Shown here piece after piece: positions 10,186-20,582 of a stretch of DNA of 64,000 nucleotides; positions within the stretch are counted from its first letter, which is position 1; each line of letters begins with the position of its first letter. This DNA is from Klebsiella phage vB_KpM_FBKp24. A model generated the notes under the pieces. That model worked only from the letters and a program-made list of their open reading frames with translations. It searched no databases and had not been told where the DNA came from. A program made the position numbers and the translations under genes. Where the stretch lies: sequence record MW394391.1, one strand, 5' to 3'.

Positions 10186-11415
10186 CTATGCCTCAACTAA
10201 TGACTCTTTACTGAGAGTTTGCAACGTACGAGAAACTTCCAGCAAAAGTCCGGAAACTTCGATCGCCGGACTCCTCGCCCACTTACTGTAGGCGGCAGGG
10301 TAATCAATCAGTGCACTAATATTTCCCTGACTTGTTTCTGGGCTATTAGCAAGGTCTGATTGTGCCTGACGAACGAAATGTCTGCACTGCTTTTCCAATG
10401 CAGAGAAGGGCTGGTCTTCTAAAAATGAAAGTAAGCGATTACCAGTATCGATAATACTGTCCTGAATCTCAATGATTTCATTTGGACGAAGGACAGAGAA
10501 CTTCACTTCAGTAACCGTCGCTAAACGGTCATCTGGAATAAGTGAAAGTTTCACCCGTTGAAGATCACGTGCTTTTTCTCGTGCCGACGAACTCACGCCT
10601 ACCTCACCTTCCTTCAGAAGACTGACACCGCCAAGCAAAGGATAAGGTTCCTTGTAGGCGGAGGCAGTCTTTTTCCATAAGTCAAGTGCTCGCGTATTCT
10701 GCGCATCGAGTAAAGTCAGGATGTCCTTATCAGTGCCTTGTGTTAAATGCTCTACTGCGGCACTCCCTTCCTTTGCAACATCGACGCACCATCCATTCAG
10801 AATACCTAACCCTTCCTGCTGGAATTGACCGTAAAACATCTTTAACGTATTGAAATCCGTTGCATGTTTACCGTTGTAGCAAAGGTGCTGAATAAACCGA
10901 CCTGATTTCAATGTCAGTTTACGTTGGGCTTTGGTCGTGCCGATTTTTTCTTCGGCCAGACGACGTATCGTGCGAGAAACATTCAAGAGTCCTCTCACTC
11001 TGATTTTGAAATACGTCCAGTAGTCATTAATCTTTTCCCAGAGCTTCTCCAAAAGCCCAGCAGCCCCTTTAAGTAATTCACCAAGTAATTCCTTCAGGGA
11101 CTCCAGTGCCGGAGTAGCCGTGATCATCGATTCGCTTGATGGCATTACGGTTGAGTATTGAGCTCCTGTGCCTTCCGCCAGAGATTCCGTAAATGACAGG
11201 ATAATTTCCAATTCTTCCGCGGTGATCTCTTCGGGGAGAATATGAAGTTTCCCTTCCTGTTCTTTTTCGTCGATGAACGATTGGCCCATTTTTTCACGGT
11301 CTCTCAGTTCGTCATATTCGTTGTCAATTTCCTGAATATCACGGCGGGCGTTGACCATGTCCCTTGTTGCGTCAATCTCTTCTTCTAGAGAAGGCGTGTT
11401 GTATTCGATAGGCAT
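10186..11415 (-). CDS. hypothetical protein (409 aa)
   Basis: ORF with an acidic N-terminus. Confidence 0.55.
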   Translation of the reverse strand: MPIEYNTPSLEEEIDATRDMVNARRDIQEIDNEYDELRDREKMGQSFIDEKEQEGKLHILPEEITAEELEIILSFTESLAEGTGAQYSTVMPSSESMITATPALESLKELLGELLKGAAGLLEKLWEKINDYWTYFKIRVRGLLNVSRTIRRLAEEKIGTTKAQRKLTLKSGRFIQHLCYNGKHATDFNTLKMFYGQFQQEGLGILNGWCVDVAKEGSAAVEHLTQGTDKDILTLLDAQNTRALDLWKKTASAYKEPYPLLGGVSLLKEGEVGVSSSAREKARDLQRVKLSLIPDDRLATVTEVKFSVLRPNEIIEIQDSIIDTGNRLLSFLEDQPFSALEKQCRHFVRQAQSDLANSPETSQGNISALIDYPAAYSKWARSPAIEVSGLLLEVSRTLQTLSKESLVEA

Positions 11416-11424
11416 AAGTAATCC

Positions 11425-12666
11425 TTAGGCTGGGGCACCTAACCGCATCGCTGGGGATATCTCTTCCTGTGGCTTTTTATCGATCGATGCGGAAATATAA
11501 CGGAGCGAAGCACGTACTGTTCTGATGGCATACTGGTAGGTCTTGTACCGATCCGAATCGATAAGTTTTACCGACGCGCGCATCAGTTTACCTAATGCAC
11601 TCAACGAGAATGTACTTTTCGCGTTTTGGTCTATTGCGGTCGAAAGACGTTTAAAGTCCGCAACAATCTTATTCAAATCATTATCTTTGTCGGGTTGCTG
11701 GCGGATGATAGCGAGTATTGCTTCAGCTTCATCGATGATTTGCCTGCATTTGTTACTGTTTAACGGCGCCCCAGAGAATGTGATCCCTGAAGTATAAACC
11801 TTCTGTAAATTAGGGGACAAATTATCCAATAATTCCACTAAGGTATCAACCCCATTAGTGTACGAGTCGTCCAACCCCATGAAACCTTGGCCATTGAAAT
11901 TTTTGACTAAAACTGAGGTTACTGCGTAACCACCAGGTAACGGGAGCGATGTAACGTCCTGAACTTTCTCGTACCCTATTTTAGTGAAAATCGTTTTTCG
12001 ATGAGCGTGATTAGGTCCGGTGAGAGTTTTGTTAGGATTAGGCTGGCTTAGTATTTTAGAGATGGGCTGTGCTATTTTTGCATACTCGTGTATTACTTCT
12101 TTTGTTTCAGCGATTTCATCAGATGAATGATCTTCGTCTGATTTTACCCACTTATCAGCAACGTCGATGACGGTGTTCGCCAAATGGAACAGGTCTTCAC
12201 GGATATTGGCCATTAACCCCACTACATTCCGGAGATTAGAAAACTTATCAGGGAATGTTTCATCTAAACGACCTTCTACTGCAAGAGCCCCTGTAATATT
12301 GGGAAGAAGTGTAATTTTATCCGATTTAAAGGAGGGGTGTGCATTTAATAATTCTTTAGCGGCTGCAACTTCTTTTTCTGCCTGTTCCCGTCCTAACATA
12401 TACTCTCTAGCCCAGTTTCTGAATTCCTGGAACCGATCCATAACCCACTGAATGAGATTTTTAACTGTCTCTTTGATTTTGTTATTTACTCGAGAAAGCG
12501 TACTTGGGGTGGTATTGTCGTAATCGGCTTCGTTAGAAACTTGGCTATTCTCTCCCATGAAAATAGCCAAGATCTTCTGCGCGTCGCTCGGAACATTCAC
12601 TGAAGATTCCAACGCAACGCCGACGGCGGAATAAGTTTCTAAATCTTTTAAAAGTTGTTCGCTCAT
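11425..12666 (-). CDS. hypothetical protein (413 aa)
   Basis: ORF. Confidence 0.55.
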   Translation of the reverse strand: MSEQLLKDLETYSAVGVALESSVNVPSDAQKILAIFMGENSQVSNEADYDNTTPSTLSRVNNKIKETVKNLIQWVMDRFQEFRNWAREYMLGREQAEKEVAAAKELLNAHPSFKSDKITLLPNITGALAVEGRLDETFPDKFSNLRNVVGLMANIREDLFHLANTVIDVADKWVKSDEDHSSDEIAETKEVIHEYAKIAQPISKILSQPNPNKTLTGPNHAHRKTIFTKIGYEKVQDVTSLPLPGGYAVTSVLVKNFNGQGFMGLDDSYTNGVDTLVELLDNLSPNLQKVYTSGITFSGAPLNSNKCRQIIDEAEAILAIIRQQPDKDNDLNKIVADFKRLSTAIDQNAKSTFSLSALGKLMRASVKLIDSDRYKTYQYAIRTVRASLRYISASIDKKPQEEISPAMRLGAPA

Positions 12667-12680
12667 TTTATTTTCCGCTC

Positions 12681-14129
12681 TTAATTAGGCTGGTTAGGTT
12701 TGTTTGAATTATTTTCAGTTTCTTCTTGTTTGTCGCTGGTCAAACACTCTTTCCCGTATTTTAACGCAGAGCGACTCGTTGTTCCGAAGAAGCTGACGAG
12801 ATTACTTGTTACACCCGACGGCATACTGGCAACGGAAGAAACAATAGAACGCAGAGCGGAGGCAATAGAGCCACCAGATTCCACATTCTCGTTGATGTTC
12901 ATATTCGCGATATTCTGGCCAGCCTGGTCGACTGCTCTGTCGATTTGACTTTTAAGATTACCCGAACCTTTCAGTTTCAGCATTGCATTAGCAACACTAA
13001 TCGCACCATCGGCGATACGTGCAACGTCTGTTGGCGAACACCGTGGAACTTCTTTGTCTTCCACCTGATGATTACGCGAATTCCAAAGTTTGTTTTCTGC
13101 CGAAGTATCGACAACTAAAATCTTGGAGAACTTGTATGCTTTGGATAAAGCCACTAAGCCCTGTACAGGGTTCTCTGACGGGTTAACAGTCACAACGATG
13201 GCTACGAGTCTGCCGTTACCTAAAAACGGCTCAGAAGCTTCTACAGACGCGTTAATAGAATCGTCACCTTTTAACAAGATCTCCGTGACGTCCTCAGTCA
13301 ATCTTTGATTCAATTCCCCCGCTATTGCGTCGGCCGGATGGGTAACTCCTTCTGATAGCGCTTGTAAGAGGCTATTGAAAGACCCCTCGCCACCTGGCTG
13401 ATACTCCGCAATAGCGGTAGCGACTCTCTCAGCGTTCTCATAAGTGTTCTCAATCGTCTTGTTGAGCACCATATCCGCAATACGTCCCAGACGATTCATT
13501 TCGTTAGCGACATTGGGCCAACCATTATCGATCAACAATTTCCCTTTGTCAGAAAACTCGATATTACCGGACCCCGGTTGGGCGTTGGTGATTTCTTCTT
13601 TCAGTCGTTCGGCGAGTTCTTTTAATTGATCAGCACCATTGAATGCGTTGTCAAGCCAATGGGAAAAACGGGAACGAGCATCCTTTAAGAATGCGGTGAA
13701 CTTCTGCCACCACTCGCGGAGGACTTCTTTAATACCTTCCAGCGCAACTTTGGATTCTTCCAATGAAATGTGGGTATTAGATTCATTGGAAACCCGTGCG
13801 CGAACAATATCCAGGCCATCGTTGAAACTATAGATATTCAAAATCGTAGCGGCTTCAACAGAAAGACCTTTGCCGGAATGAATCTCAGGAGCAATCGCGT
13901 CGTAAACCGCTTGATATTTATTGGTTTGGTCTGTCAAACTATAGAGACCGGCAATATCCGCATCAACGGGATCCATCGCGGTATCAATTTCATCGCGGGG
14001 ATCAATTTCTGAATCTTCAAACCCCAACGGACTTTCATCAAAGGATTCTGGAGATATAACTGTTTCTGGTTGGAAAGTTTCAAGTGCTGGTTTAGGTGCG
14101 CGACTCAGCACAGATTTAATCTTGCTCAT
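12681..14129 (-). CDS. hypothetical virion-associated protein, paralog of 14221..16647
   Basis: Shares a block with the C-terminal domain of the 808-aa protein (LSVEAATILNIYSFNDG vs VSVEAMQILNIFTKRDG; WWQKFTAFLKDARSRF vs WMAKFVELFKRAAANF). Confidence 0.55.
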   Translation of the reverse strand: MSKIKSVLSRAPKPALETFQPETVISPESFDESPLGFEDSEIDPRDEIDTAMDPVDADIAGLYSLTDQTNKYQAVYDAIAPEIHSGKGLSVEAATILNIYSFNDGLDIVRARVSNESNTHISLEESKVALEGIKEVLREWWQKFTAFLKDARSRFSHWLDNAFNGADQLKELAERLKEEITNAQPGSGNIEFSDKGKLLIDNGWPNVANEMNRLGRIADMVLNKTIENTYENAERVATAIAEYQPGGEGSFNSLLQALSEGVTHPADAIAGELNQRLTEDVTEILLKGDDSINASVEASEPFLGNGRLVAIVVTVNPSENPVQGLVALSKAYKFSKILVVDTSAENKLWNSRNHQVEDKEVPRCSPTDVARIADGAISVANAMLKLKGSGNLKSQIDRAVDQAGQNIANMNINENVESGGSIASALRSIVSSVASMPSGVTSNLVSFFGTTSRSALKYGKECLTSDKQEETENNSNKPNQPN

Positions 14130-14171
14130 TTCGTTTCCTTTCTACTTAGAGGAACGGAGGAAAAGTCATAC

Positions 14172-14202
14172 AAACCTACCGCCCGTAGGGGGCGGTAGGT
14201 TT
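14172..14202 (-). terminator. terminator-like hairpin
   Basis: Hairpin aaacctaccgccc-gtagg-gggcggtaggttt between paralogous genes. Confidence 0.5.
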
Positions 14203-14220
14203 GGAAGTATGATTAAAAAA

Positions 14221-16647
14221 TCACGCTGCTTTAGCGGAAGCTTCGGCGTATTGAATTGCTCCGGAAATAGTACGAAGCGCAATACCGTTAAGGCCGGCAT
14301 TGAACTGATTCAGGAACGACGCGGTGGTACTAAAGTAACGACGTACTTTACCCAGCTCTGCTTTCGCGTAGGTTGCGCGGTCGCCAGAATTTTCTGCCAG
14401 TTTGCTCAGACGTTCCAGATCACCGATCAGTTCGGTACTGAAACGCTCAGCTTCTTCCACGCCCTTAGACTGACGGATCGCAGATAAGGTTTCTGCGGCG
14501 GTTTTACCGACTTCAATAATACCGGCGCCGGACAGGCACGGAGCACTTTTGACTTCGGAATCTTTTTTCTGCGTGGACATGCTAACCTCAGGGAAAGCGC
14601 CGGAAGTATCGGTAATTAGGACGGACACCCGGAAATCGCCCAGCAGGTCTTTGGTGTATTCCATGCCATCGCCCGCTTTAAATGAGCTGCGCACCAGGGC
14701 TTTACCGTAAGACTCTCTGAAGACGTTTTCAACTTTACCGAACGCATCTTCCGGAGTTTCGCCTTTCATCAAGGCGTCGAGTACATCAGCACGAACTACT
14801 TTATGCACGGTTTCTGCGGCGTCAATAACGTTGCTGCCAGCGCCCAGTAAAGACTCTACATCGCGCCCGAAGAGTTTAAAGTTCTGAACGAAAGAACCAT
14901 CAACTTTACCGCCAGAAGTCAGTGCGCCCAGATATTCGCCATTGACTTCGCCAGTCGCTGGTTTACCCGCATCCACATTTACCAGTGCTTCTGCGCGGCG
15001 TTCCAGAATACCGACCTGATCAAAGCGTTTACGCATGGTCTCTTTGAAGTTGGCAGCGGCGCGCTTGAACAGTTCTACGAACTTAGCCATCCAGCTTTTA
15101 ATGTCTTCGCCGATAGATTCGATAGCGAGACGGGTCTGGGTACGCGCAGTGAAATTATAACTTTCCAGCGCGACGTCGGAGTTCAACGGATTACCGTCAC
15201 GTTTAGTGAAGATATTCAGAATTTGCATCGCTTCAACCGAGACACCGCCGTTGTCCAGAGAATTCTGAAGAACTTCTGCAACTTGCGGATAAGTATCCAG
15301 TGCTTCATTCAGAATACTTTCTTCGTCTTCGGTACCCGCCTGGAAATCCTCGATGATCAGGTCGTCTGCCACAACGTCACCGTCGTCGGTTTCTGGGCTG
15401 AGATCTACCGGCGCATCCGCAACTGCTTCAACAACACCTTCGGTAGGTGCTTCACCGGCTGTTTCTTCAGGGGCGGCCACTGAAAGATCTTCGGTTACTT
15501 CTGGAACAACGTCAACTGCCGCTTCTTCCGGTAAAGATTCCACTACCGGCTCAACAGCAGCATCGGCAGCCACCTCGCCTTCGCCCGGTTCTGCGCCAGT
15601 AACAACGGCAGCAGCTTCTTCCGGGGTGACTTCGGACGGAGCGTCAACGACTTGCTCTTCAACAACTTCCGCGTTCTCGGTAGAAACAACTTCGCCGGTG
15701 TTCTGGTTGCTGCCGGTACCTTCGTCGACAACTTCGGACTCTGACGGCAGTTCCGCTTCGCCTTTCCCTTCGGCAGCCGGTTTTTCTTGGGAAACTTCGA
15801 TATCGGAATTACCCGCTTCGTCAGCAACCGGTTTCGTTTGCTCCGGTTTCACTTCTTCGCCTTTGCCGGAATCGACTTCTACCTGCTCAGAGGGGAGATG
15901 TTGTTCGCCCTGGCCGGTACCGCCTTCGTTTGGCGGATTAGTACCCGCGGATTCACACGCACAGTTTTCGACAGCCGGATCAACCGGGTCGGTTTCCGGT
16001 GTTTCTTCGCCCAGATTTTCAGCAACCACTTCATCGACATCGGAGATGGTTTCATCGTTGGTCGGCTCAGTGCCTTCTGGCGTAATATCGGAGACTTCCA
16101 CCGGAGCTTCTTCGGTCTCGGTGATTTCTTCAGTTGCCTCTGGAGTGACATCGTCTTCCGACGGCGCAACAGCTTCGATTTCTTCCGCTTCTGCAATGAC
16201 TTCTTCCGGAGTCGTGTCGGCGCCTTCTGCGTTGTCAACCTCAGCAACCACCTCTGCGGCTTCCACCGGGTTACCTTCGGCAATCGCTTCGACTTGGTCG
16301 ACAGTCGCTTCACCAGAGTCGGTCACCGGGACAATCTGCGGAGGTTCAACGGGTTCGATACCATCAACCGGAACTTCGTCTGCGGGAGTTTCTTCCACAA
16401 CAGTTTCTTCTACCGGGACAACGTCCGCTGCGACTTCCCCTGCATCGACAGGGAGTTCTTCAGCCGGAGTTTCTTCCGGGTCGGTAGTTCCTTCTTCTAC
16501 CACAGTGAGATCATCCTCAACTACAGGGACCTCTTCTGTCGGCTGTGCATCGATAACAGATTGATCGACGACTTCTTCCGTGTTCTCGCTTTCAAGCGCA
16601 GGGCGATTCTGGCGCCCGAGGACACGTTGAGTGTAAGATAATTTCAT
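14221..16647 (-). CDS. highly acidic repetitive protein with conserved C-terminal domain (808 aa)
   Basis: About 500 aa of low-complexity E/P/V/T-rich repeats followed by a globular C-terminal domain paralogous to 12681..14129. It resembles the internal or ejection protein families of jumbo phages. Confidence 0.6.
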   Translation of the reverse strand: MKLSYTQRVLGRQNRPALESENTEEVVDQSVIDAQPTEEVPVVEDDLTVVEEGTTDPEETPAEELPVDAGEVAADVVPVEETVVEETPADEVPVDGIEPVEPPQIVPVTDSGEATVDQVEAIAEGNPVEAAEVVAEVDNAEGADTTPEEVIAEAEEIEAVAPSEDDVTPEATEEITETEEAPVEVSDITPEGTEPTNDETISDVDEVVAENLGEETPETDPVDPAVENCACESAGTNPPNEGGTGQGEQHLPSEQVEVDSGKGEEVKPEQTKPVADEAGNSDIEVSQEKPAAEGKGEAELPSESEVVDEGTGSNQNTGEVVSTENAEVVEEQVVDAPSEVTPEEAAAVVTGAEPGEGEVAADAAVEPVVESLPEEAAVDVVPEVTEDLSVAAPEETAGEAPTEGVVEAVADAPVDLSPETDDGDVVADDLIIEDFQAGTEDEESILNEALDTYPQVAEVLQNSLDNGGVSVEAMQILNIFTKRDGNPLNSDVALESYNFTARTQTRLAIESIGEDIKSWMAKFVELFKRAAANFKETMRKRFDQVGILERRAEALVNVDAGKPATGEVNGEYLGALTSGGKVDGSFVQNFKLFGRDVESLLGAGSNVIDAAETVHKVVRADVLDALMKGETPEDAFGKVENVFRESYGKALVRSSFKAGDGMEYTKDLLGDFRVSVLITDTSGAFPEVSMSTQKKDSEVKSAPCLSGAGIIEVGKTAAETLSAIRQSKGVEEAERFSTELIGDLERLSKLAENSGDRATYAKAELGKVRRYFSTTASFLNQFNAGLNGIALRTISGAIQYAEASAKAA

Positions 16648-16672
16648 TTACTAATTCTCCTGGAGAGAGGGA

Positions 16673-17200
16673 TTATCGGCTACTGCCGGCAACGAGTGTG
16701 AGTTCGCCGAAGATGACATTGACTGTCGCCAAGAGGTCTTCAAAGCCGTTATCGTGCTTCAACCAATGATACATATAATCTTTTCCGTCAACGTTCAGCA
16801 TCATTTTTAGTTTGGGCGCCGAACGACCGGAACGATATTTTGGCGTAGTCGCGAGTTCTCTTTCTGTTTGTAGACAATAGGCCCGGGGCACGATACCCAT
16901 TCTGCGTCTTCCGGTATTAATGAAAGAAAGCGTATCTTCGAGAAACGCACGCATGTGAGGAGTCAGCTTCGGATTGTCTTCCTGCGCCTGCAGCCATTCC
17001 GGGAAAAAACGGAACAGGTCCATCGCGCGGTTAATTAGTTTTCGACGGAACTCCCATGTGTTGGCTTCGCCTTTGGGGTCTGTGGTTGCGATTTGCCAAT
17101 AGCGAGTGATCAGGTCATCGGCAACTGCTTCTGCTTTACTCCCCTCGTACAGAGGGGATCTGAAGCCGACGGGGGTGTACTGATAAGACTGAATGTTCAT
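16673..17200 (-). CDS. hypothetical protein (175 aa)
   Basis: ORF. Confidence 0.5.
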   Translation of the reverse strand: MNIQSYQYTPVGFRSPLYEGSKAEAVADDLITRYWQIATTDPKGEANTWEFRRKLINRAMDLFRFFPEWLQAQEDNPKLTPHMRAFLEDTLSFINTGRRRMGIVPRAYCLQTERELATTPKYRSGRSAPKLKMMLNVDGKDYMYHWLKHDNGFEDLLATVNVIFGELTLVAGSSR

Positions 17201-17205
17201 CGGCG

Positions 17206-18111
17206 TTATACCCCGTAATCTCGTTCCATTTTGGAAATTTTGTAATTGAGGTCACGTAAACGTTGTTCCGTTACCGCGATGACTTTATCCTGCGCCGCGT
17301 CGGCCTGTCCTTGTTTCGCGGCCAATAACTGCGCCATGCGGAGTTCGAGTGAACGACGTTCTTCTTTCGCGCGTTTGAAACTTTCCGCCTGATACTCTAC
17401 GTAACGGGAACCGAAGAACCAAACGATATCGGAAACAACCGGAACAAACCCCATACGCAGAGGATCGACTTTCTGTTTTCCGACCATCGCATTCACGTCG
17501 TCTTCTTTGCCTGGATCGTAAACGATATCTGGTACAGATTCCAGAGTATTAAGAACCTGGCGCATTGGCTGAGCGAAGACTTTTGCGCAGCGGCAGAAGT
17601 TAATGAGGTGATCCTCTAACCATTTAACTTCGCCTTTGGTAAACGGCTCAACGGTAGCGCCGTACTCTTTACCCAGTTCCGGAATCTCTTTCCCGTAGGT
17701 GTAAAGGAGGACACGACGAGAATAGAGGGAAAAGAAGTTAATCAGACTGACGACTCGCATCAACGAAATTTTGTTGTAAGTCAGTCCATTCTTAACAATT
17801 GTCTCTGACTTGAAGGACTCTTCCAGCGCGTTTTCCAGACCCGGCATTCCTTCCGCCAGATTAGAAATCACCATCGCTAATGAATTCACAAAATTCGAAC
17901 GCGCGCCCGTTTCCCGAAGATACAGGGCGTTAATCCGTTTTACTGCGGGTGATTTAAACGGATTATTGCCAATGAACAGTTTTGCTTCCGCTGCCGACTT
18001 GAACGGAGGAAGTGTTTCTTCAATGAGGCTTTTTCGGGCCAGCTCATATTCCTCAATGATTCGAGAACGCTCGAAATTGGGGACCAGGGAACTAAAGAAT
18101 TGCTTTAACAT
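17206..18111 (-). CDS. hypothetical protein (301 aa)
   Basis: ORF. Confidence 0.55.
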   Translation of the reverse strand: MLKQFFSSLVPNFERSRIIEEYELARKSLIEETLPPFKSAAEAKLFIGNNPFKSPAVKRINALYLRETGARSNFVNSLAMVISNLAEGMPGLENALEESFKSETIVKNGLTYNKISLMRVVSLINFFSLYSRRVLLYTYGKEIPELGKEYGATVEPFTKGEVKWLEDHLINFCRCAKVFAQPMRQVLNTLESVPDIVYDPGKEDDVNAMVGKQKVDPLRMGFVPVVSDIVWFFGSRYVEYQAESFKRAKEERRSLELRMAQLLAAKQGQADAAQDKVIAVTEQRLRDLNYKISKMERDYGV

Positions 18112-18128
18112 GTTAATCCTCTCTCGTA

Positions 18129-19370
18129 TTAGAAAGTTGGCGCTTTCATGGATTTGTACATTTCAAAGATTTTCATCACATCGGGACCGCTGTTTTTGGC
18201 TGCGTTTTTCATTGCATTCAGAGACAGCTCGGTAGAACCTTCGATACCGCGGTGGAAAATCTCGACCTGTTCGTAGTTACGGTCAACGACAACCAGTAAC
18301 ATAATCCCGGAATTCTGTTCCAGGACTTTGCGGCCAGCTAACGTAGAGAGTTTTATGTTCAGTTCACGTTCGAGGATGACCCGTTGTTCTTCGGTGATAA
18401 CAACAATGTTGGACGCGGAAGCAACCGAAGGTCGGCCGGAGATTAACCCCGCCAGTGTATTTTTGCGCTTCTGCTGAATCTGTTTCAGATACAGGCCGGT
18501 ATCATCTTTAATGATATTTTTCCGGTGTTCGTCTAACAGGTCACGTACGCCAATCAGGTCAGCAAAGAACGTCAGTTTCTCTGCCTTAAATTCATACCAG
18601 CGCTCTTTAAGGTTACGGTTCTGTGCGCCGGCGGTTAAAAACAGGGTCATACTGCGGGTAGGGACAGGAACGGTTTGCAGGCGGACATTGACAGGGACTT
18701 TGATCTGATTCTCGTCCACGGCGATAGTCACTTCCAACATTTTCCCGACAGCCAGGTTACTGTTGTCGCGTAGCGCCTGCAACGTATCTTTAGACACCAG
18801 TTCAGCAGAAACCGGTTTCCCGCCATTACGAGGTTTGTCACTCGCGGCGTCGGCGCCAACATTTGACATTGGATTAGGGTTATGACCAACGCGCATCGCT
18901 TCTGTACTATGAGACGACCAGTTGATACTACCAACCTGATTACACTTAGCCAGTGTAGCCATACTCTCTAAGGACGGTAAGCCAAATTTGACACCGTCTT
19001 CTTTCGCTACGGCGGAGATGACAGCGTCGGCTAAACTGTTTAACGGGTCACGTTTTGGATTAAAACGTTCTAAACGTTTCGTAACCGAAATACCTTTGAT
19101 TTCAGCAGCCAGTGAAACAGCCTGCATGTAATAGCCGGAGAAGATATTCAGCACCGTTTGCATGATATCTTCCATATACGGTTCACGCCACAAATTCTGC
19201 TCGACTAATGTCAGCGGCTCGATACGAGTGGGCTGCGTATAATCAATGAGCGAATCTGCGGTAAAATCGCCTGCTCTGTTTTTTCTTGCCTCGTTGATCG
19301 CATTCGAACCTACCGCAGTCATTACTGCTGTCATGGTTGGGATGACGATACTTTCTACTGACAGTTTCAT
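18129..19370 (-). CDS. hypothetical protein (413 aa)
   Basis: ORF with a gaggaaa RBS. Confidence 0.55.
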   Translation of the reverse strand: MKLSVESIVIPTMTAVMTAVGSNAINEARKNRAGDFTADSLIDYTQPTRIEPLTLVEQNLWREPYMEDIMQTVLNIFSGYYMQAVSLAAEIKGISVTKRLERFNPKRDPLNSLADAVISAVAKEDGVKFGLPSLESMATLAKCNQVGSINWSSHSTEAMRVGHNPNPMSNVGADAASDKPRNGGKPVSAELVSKDTLQALRDNSNLAVGKMLEVTIAVDENQIKVPVNVRLQTVPVPTRSMTLFLTAGAQNRNLKERWYEFKAEKLTFFADLIGVRDLLDEHRKNIIKDDTGLYLKQIQQKRKNTLAGLISGRPSVASASNIVVITEEQRVILERELNIKLSTLAGRKVLEQNSGIMLLVVVDRNYEQVEIFHRGIEGSTELSLNAMKNAAKNSGPDVMKIFEMYKSMKAPTF

Positions 19371-19397
19371 CTAGTTTCCTCTGAGTTAAATAAAGGA

Positions 19398-20582
19398 GTG
19401 GAGGTAATGGCTTCATATAACCAAATCATCCAAGACAACCTTGACCTCGTTTTTCGAGCGGGCGGGCTTGGTTCTCGACGAGCAGCAGCCTATGAAATGC
19501 TTTTCGGTTTAAATTATCGAGCGCGGGGTCAGGTGGTTCCGGCACAGCGAGACCAGGTAGGTCTCACATTTTTTACCCGTCCAGACCTGAACTTACACAG
19601 GGACAACGTTACACAAGATAGGACGCTGACCGATTTGATTTCAACGGATGAGATCACTTATCCACGCGCCTTACGCGCAATTCTAGACCCAGTAGGCTCG
19701 GCAAATCCCGATTTTGATTACAGTTGTAAACTTGTTAATCCACGCAACCCTTTTATCTGCGTTCTAACGAATACGCTAAAGAGTCTTTCTGGTTTTCCCG
19801 ATAACGCTATTGGGAAATATACGAGTAATGAAGGAATTGCAGGTGAGCAGTGGGGGATGGCCGATGGTTATTACAACATTCGCGGGAATTACCAACTTAC
19901 TGCCTCTTTTGCGAACGTCGACGGCTCACCCGTTTTGAGACTCTTTGATGTTTGGGAACGGTATATGGAAAATATCCGAACCAAAAAGATGCGTCCGTGG
20001 AGCCGAAACCTTTACCGTAATCGGATGGACTATACTACGCGTATCTACCGTCTAATCCTTGACCCTGGAAGGCGTTTTGTTCAACAAATCGGGGCAACTG
20101 GTTATGCGTTTCCGATCACTAACCCACGTGGCGGGGTCATGAACTTTGATGCCGACGACAACTACGATCGTAGCACAGATTTAATCTCAGTGCAGTTCGA
20201 CGCCTACGGTGCGATCTATGACGATCCGTTATTGATTCGCCAATTCAATAAAGTCGTGGCCATGTTTAACCCTGATCTCCGTATTGTCAACGAGAGTTCG
20301 TTAAATAAAAATAACATTGCGGTCAAGAGCAACAACTATTATCGCGTCACGCCAGATCAAAGGGAATATTTAAATTATTACTGTTATCCTTTGATTCACC
20401 CTTATACCCGGGAACTTTGCTGGTTTATCGAAAAACCAATTTACGACATCATCATGGCAAATAACTTCGCCGTGCCGAATTACGATTACCAAAATCTTCC
20501 CGACGACACTGACGATACCTATACTGGTTATCAATCCAACATTTGGGATACTCTCGATTCGATTAAAGCGGGGAACACTTAA
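19398..20582 (+). CDS. hypothetical protein (394 aa)
   Basis: ORF with an aaggagtggagg RBS. It sits only 27 nt from a divergent minus-strand gene. Confidence 0.6.
   Translation: MEVMASYNQIIQDNLDLVFRAGGLGSRRAAAYEMLFGLNYRARGQVVPAQRDQVGLTFFTRPDLNLHRDNVTQDRTLTDLISTDEITYPRALRAILDPVGSANPDFDYSCKLVNPRNPFICVLTNTLKSLSGFPDNAIGKYTSNEGIAGEQWGMADGYYNIRGNYQLTASFANVDGSPVLRLFDVWERYMENIRTKKMRPWSRNLYRNRMDYTTRIYRLILDPGRRFVQQIGATGYAFPITNPRGGVMNFDADDNYDRSTDLISVQFDAYGAIYDDPLLIRQFNKVVAMFNPDLRIVNESSLNKNNIAVKSNNYYRVTPDQREYLNYYCYPLIHPYTRELCWFIEKPIYDIIMANNFAVPNYDYQNLPDDTDDTYTGYQSNIWDTLDSIKAGNT

Noticed and set aside
15353-16641. Long plus-strand ORFs (403 aa Ser/Thr/Ala-rich at 15353..16564, and 284 aa at 15787..16641) antisense to the 808-aa acidic protein gene
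   Set aside because: They are mirror-image artefacts of the GA/CT-biased repeat region. They have no RBS or sensible start, they overlap a much longer and better-supported minus-strand gene, and their low-complexity composition simply complements the sense strand.
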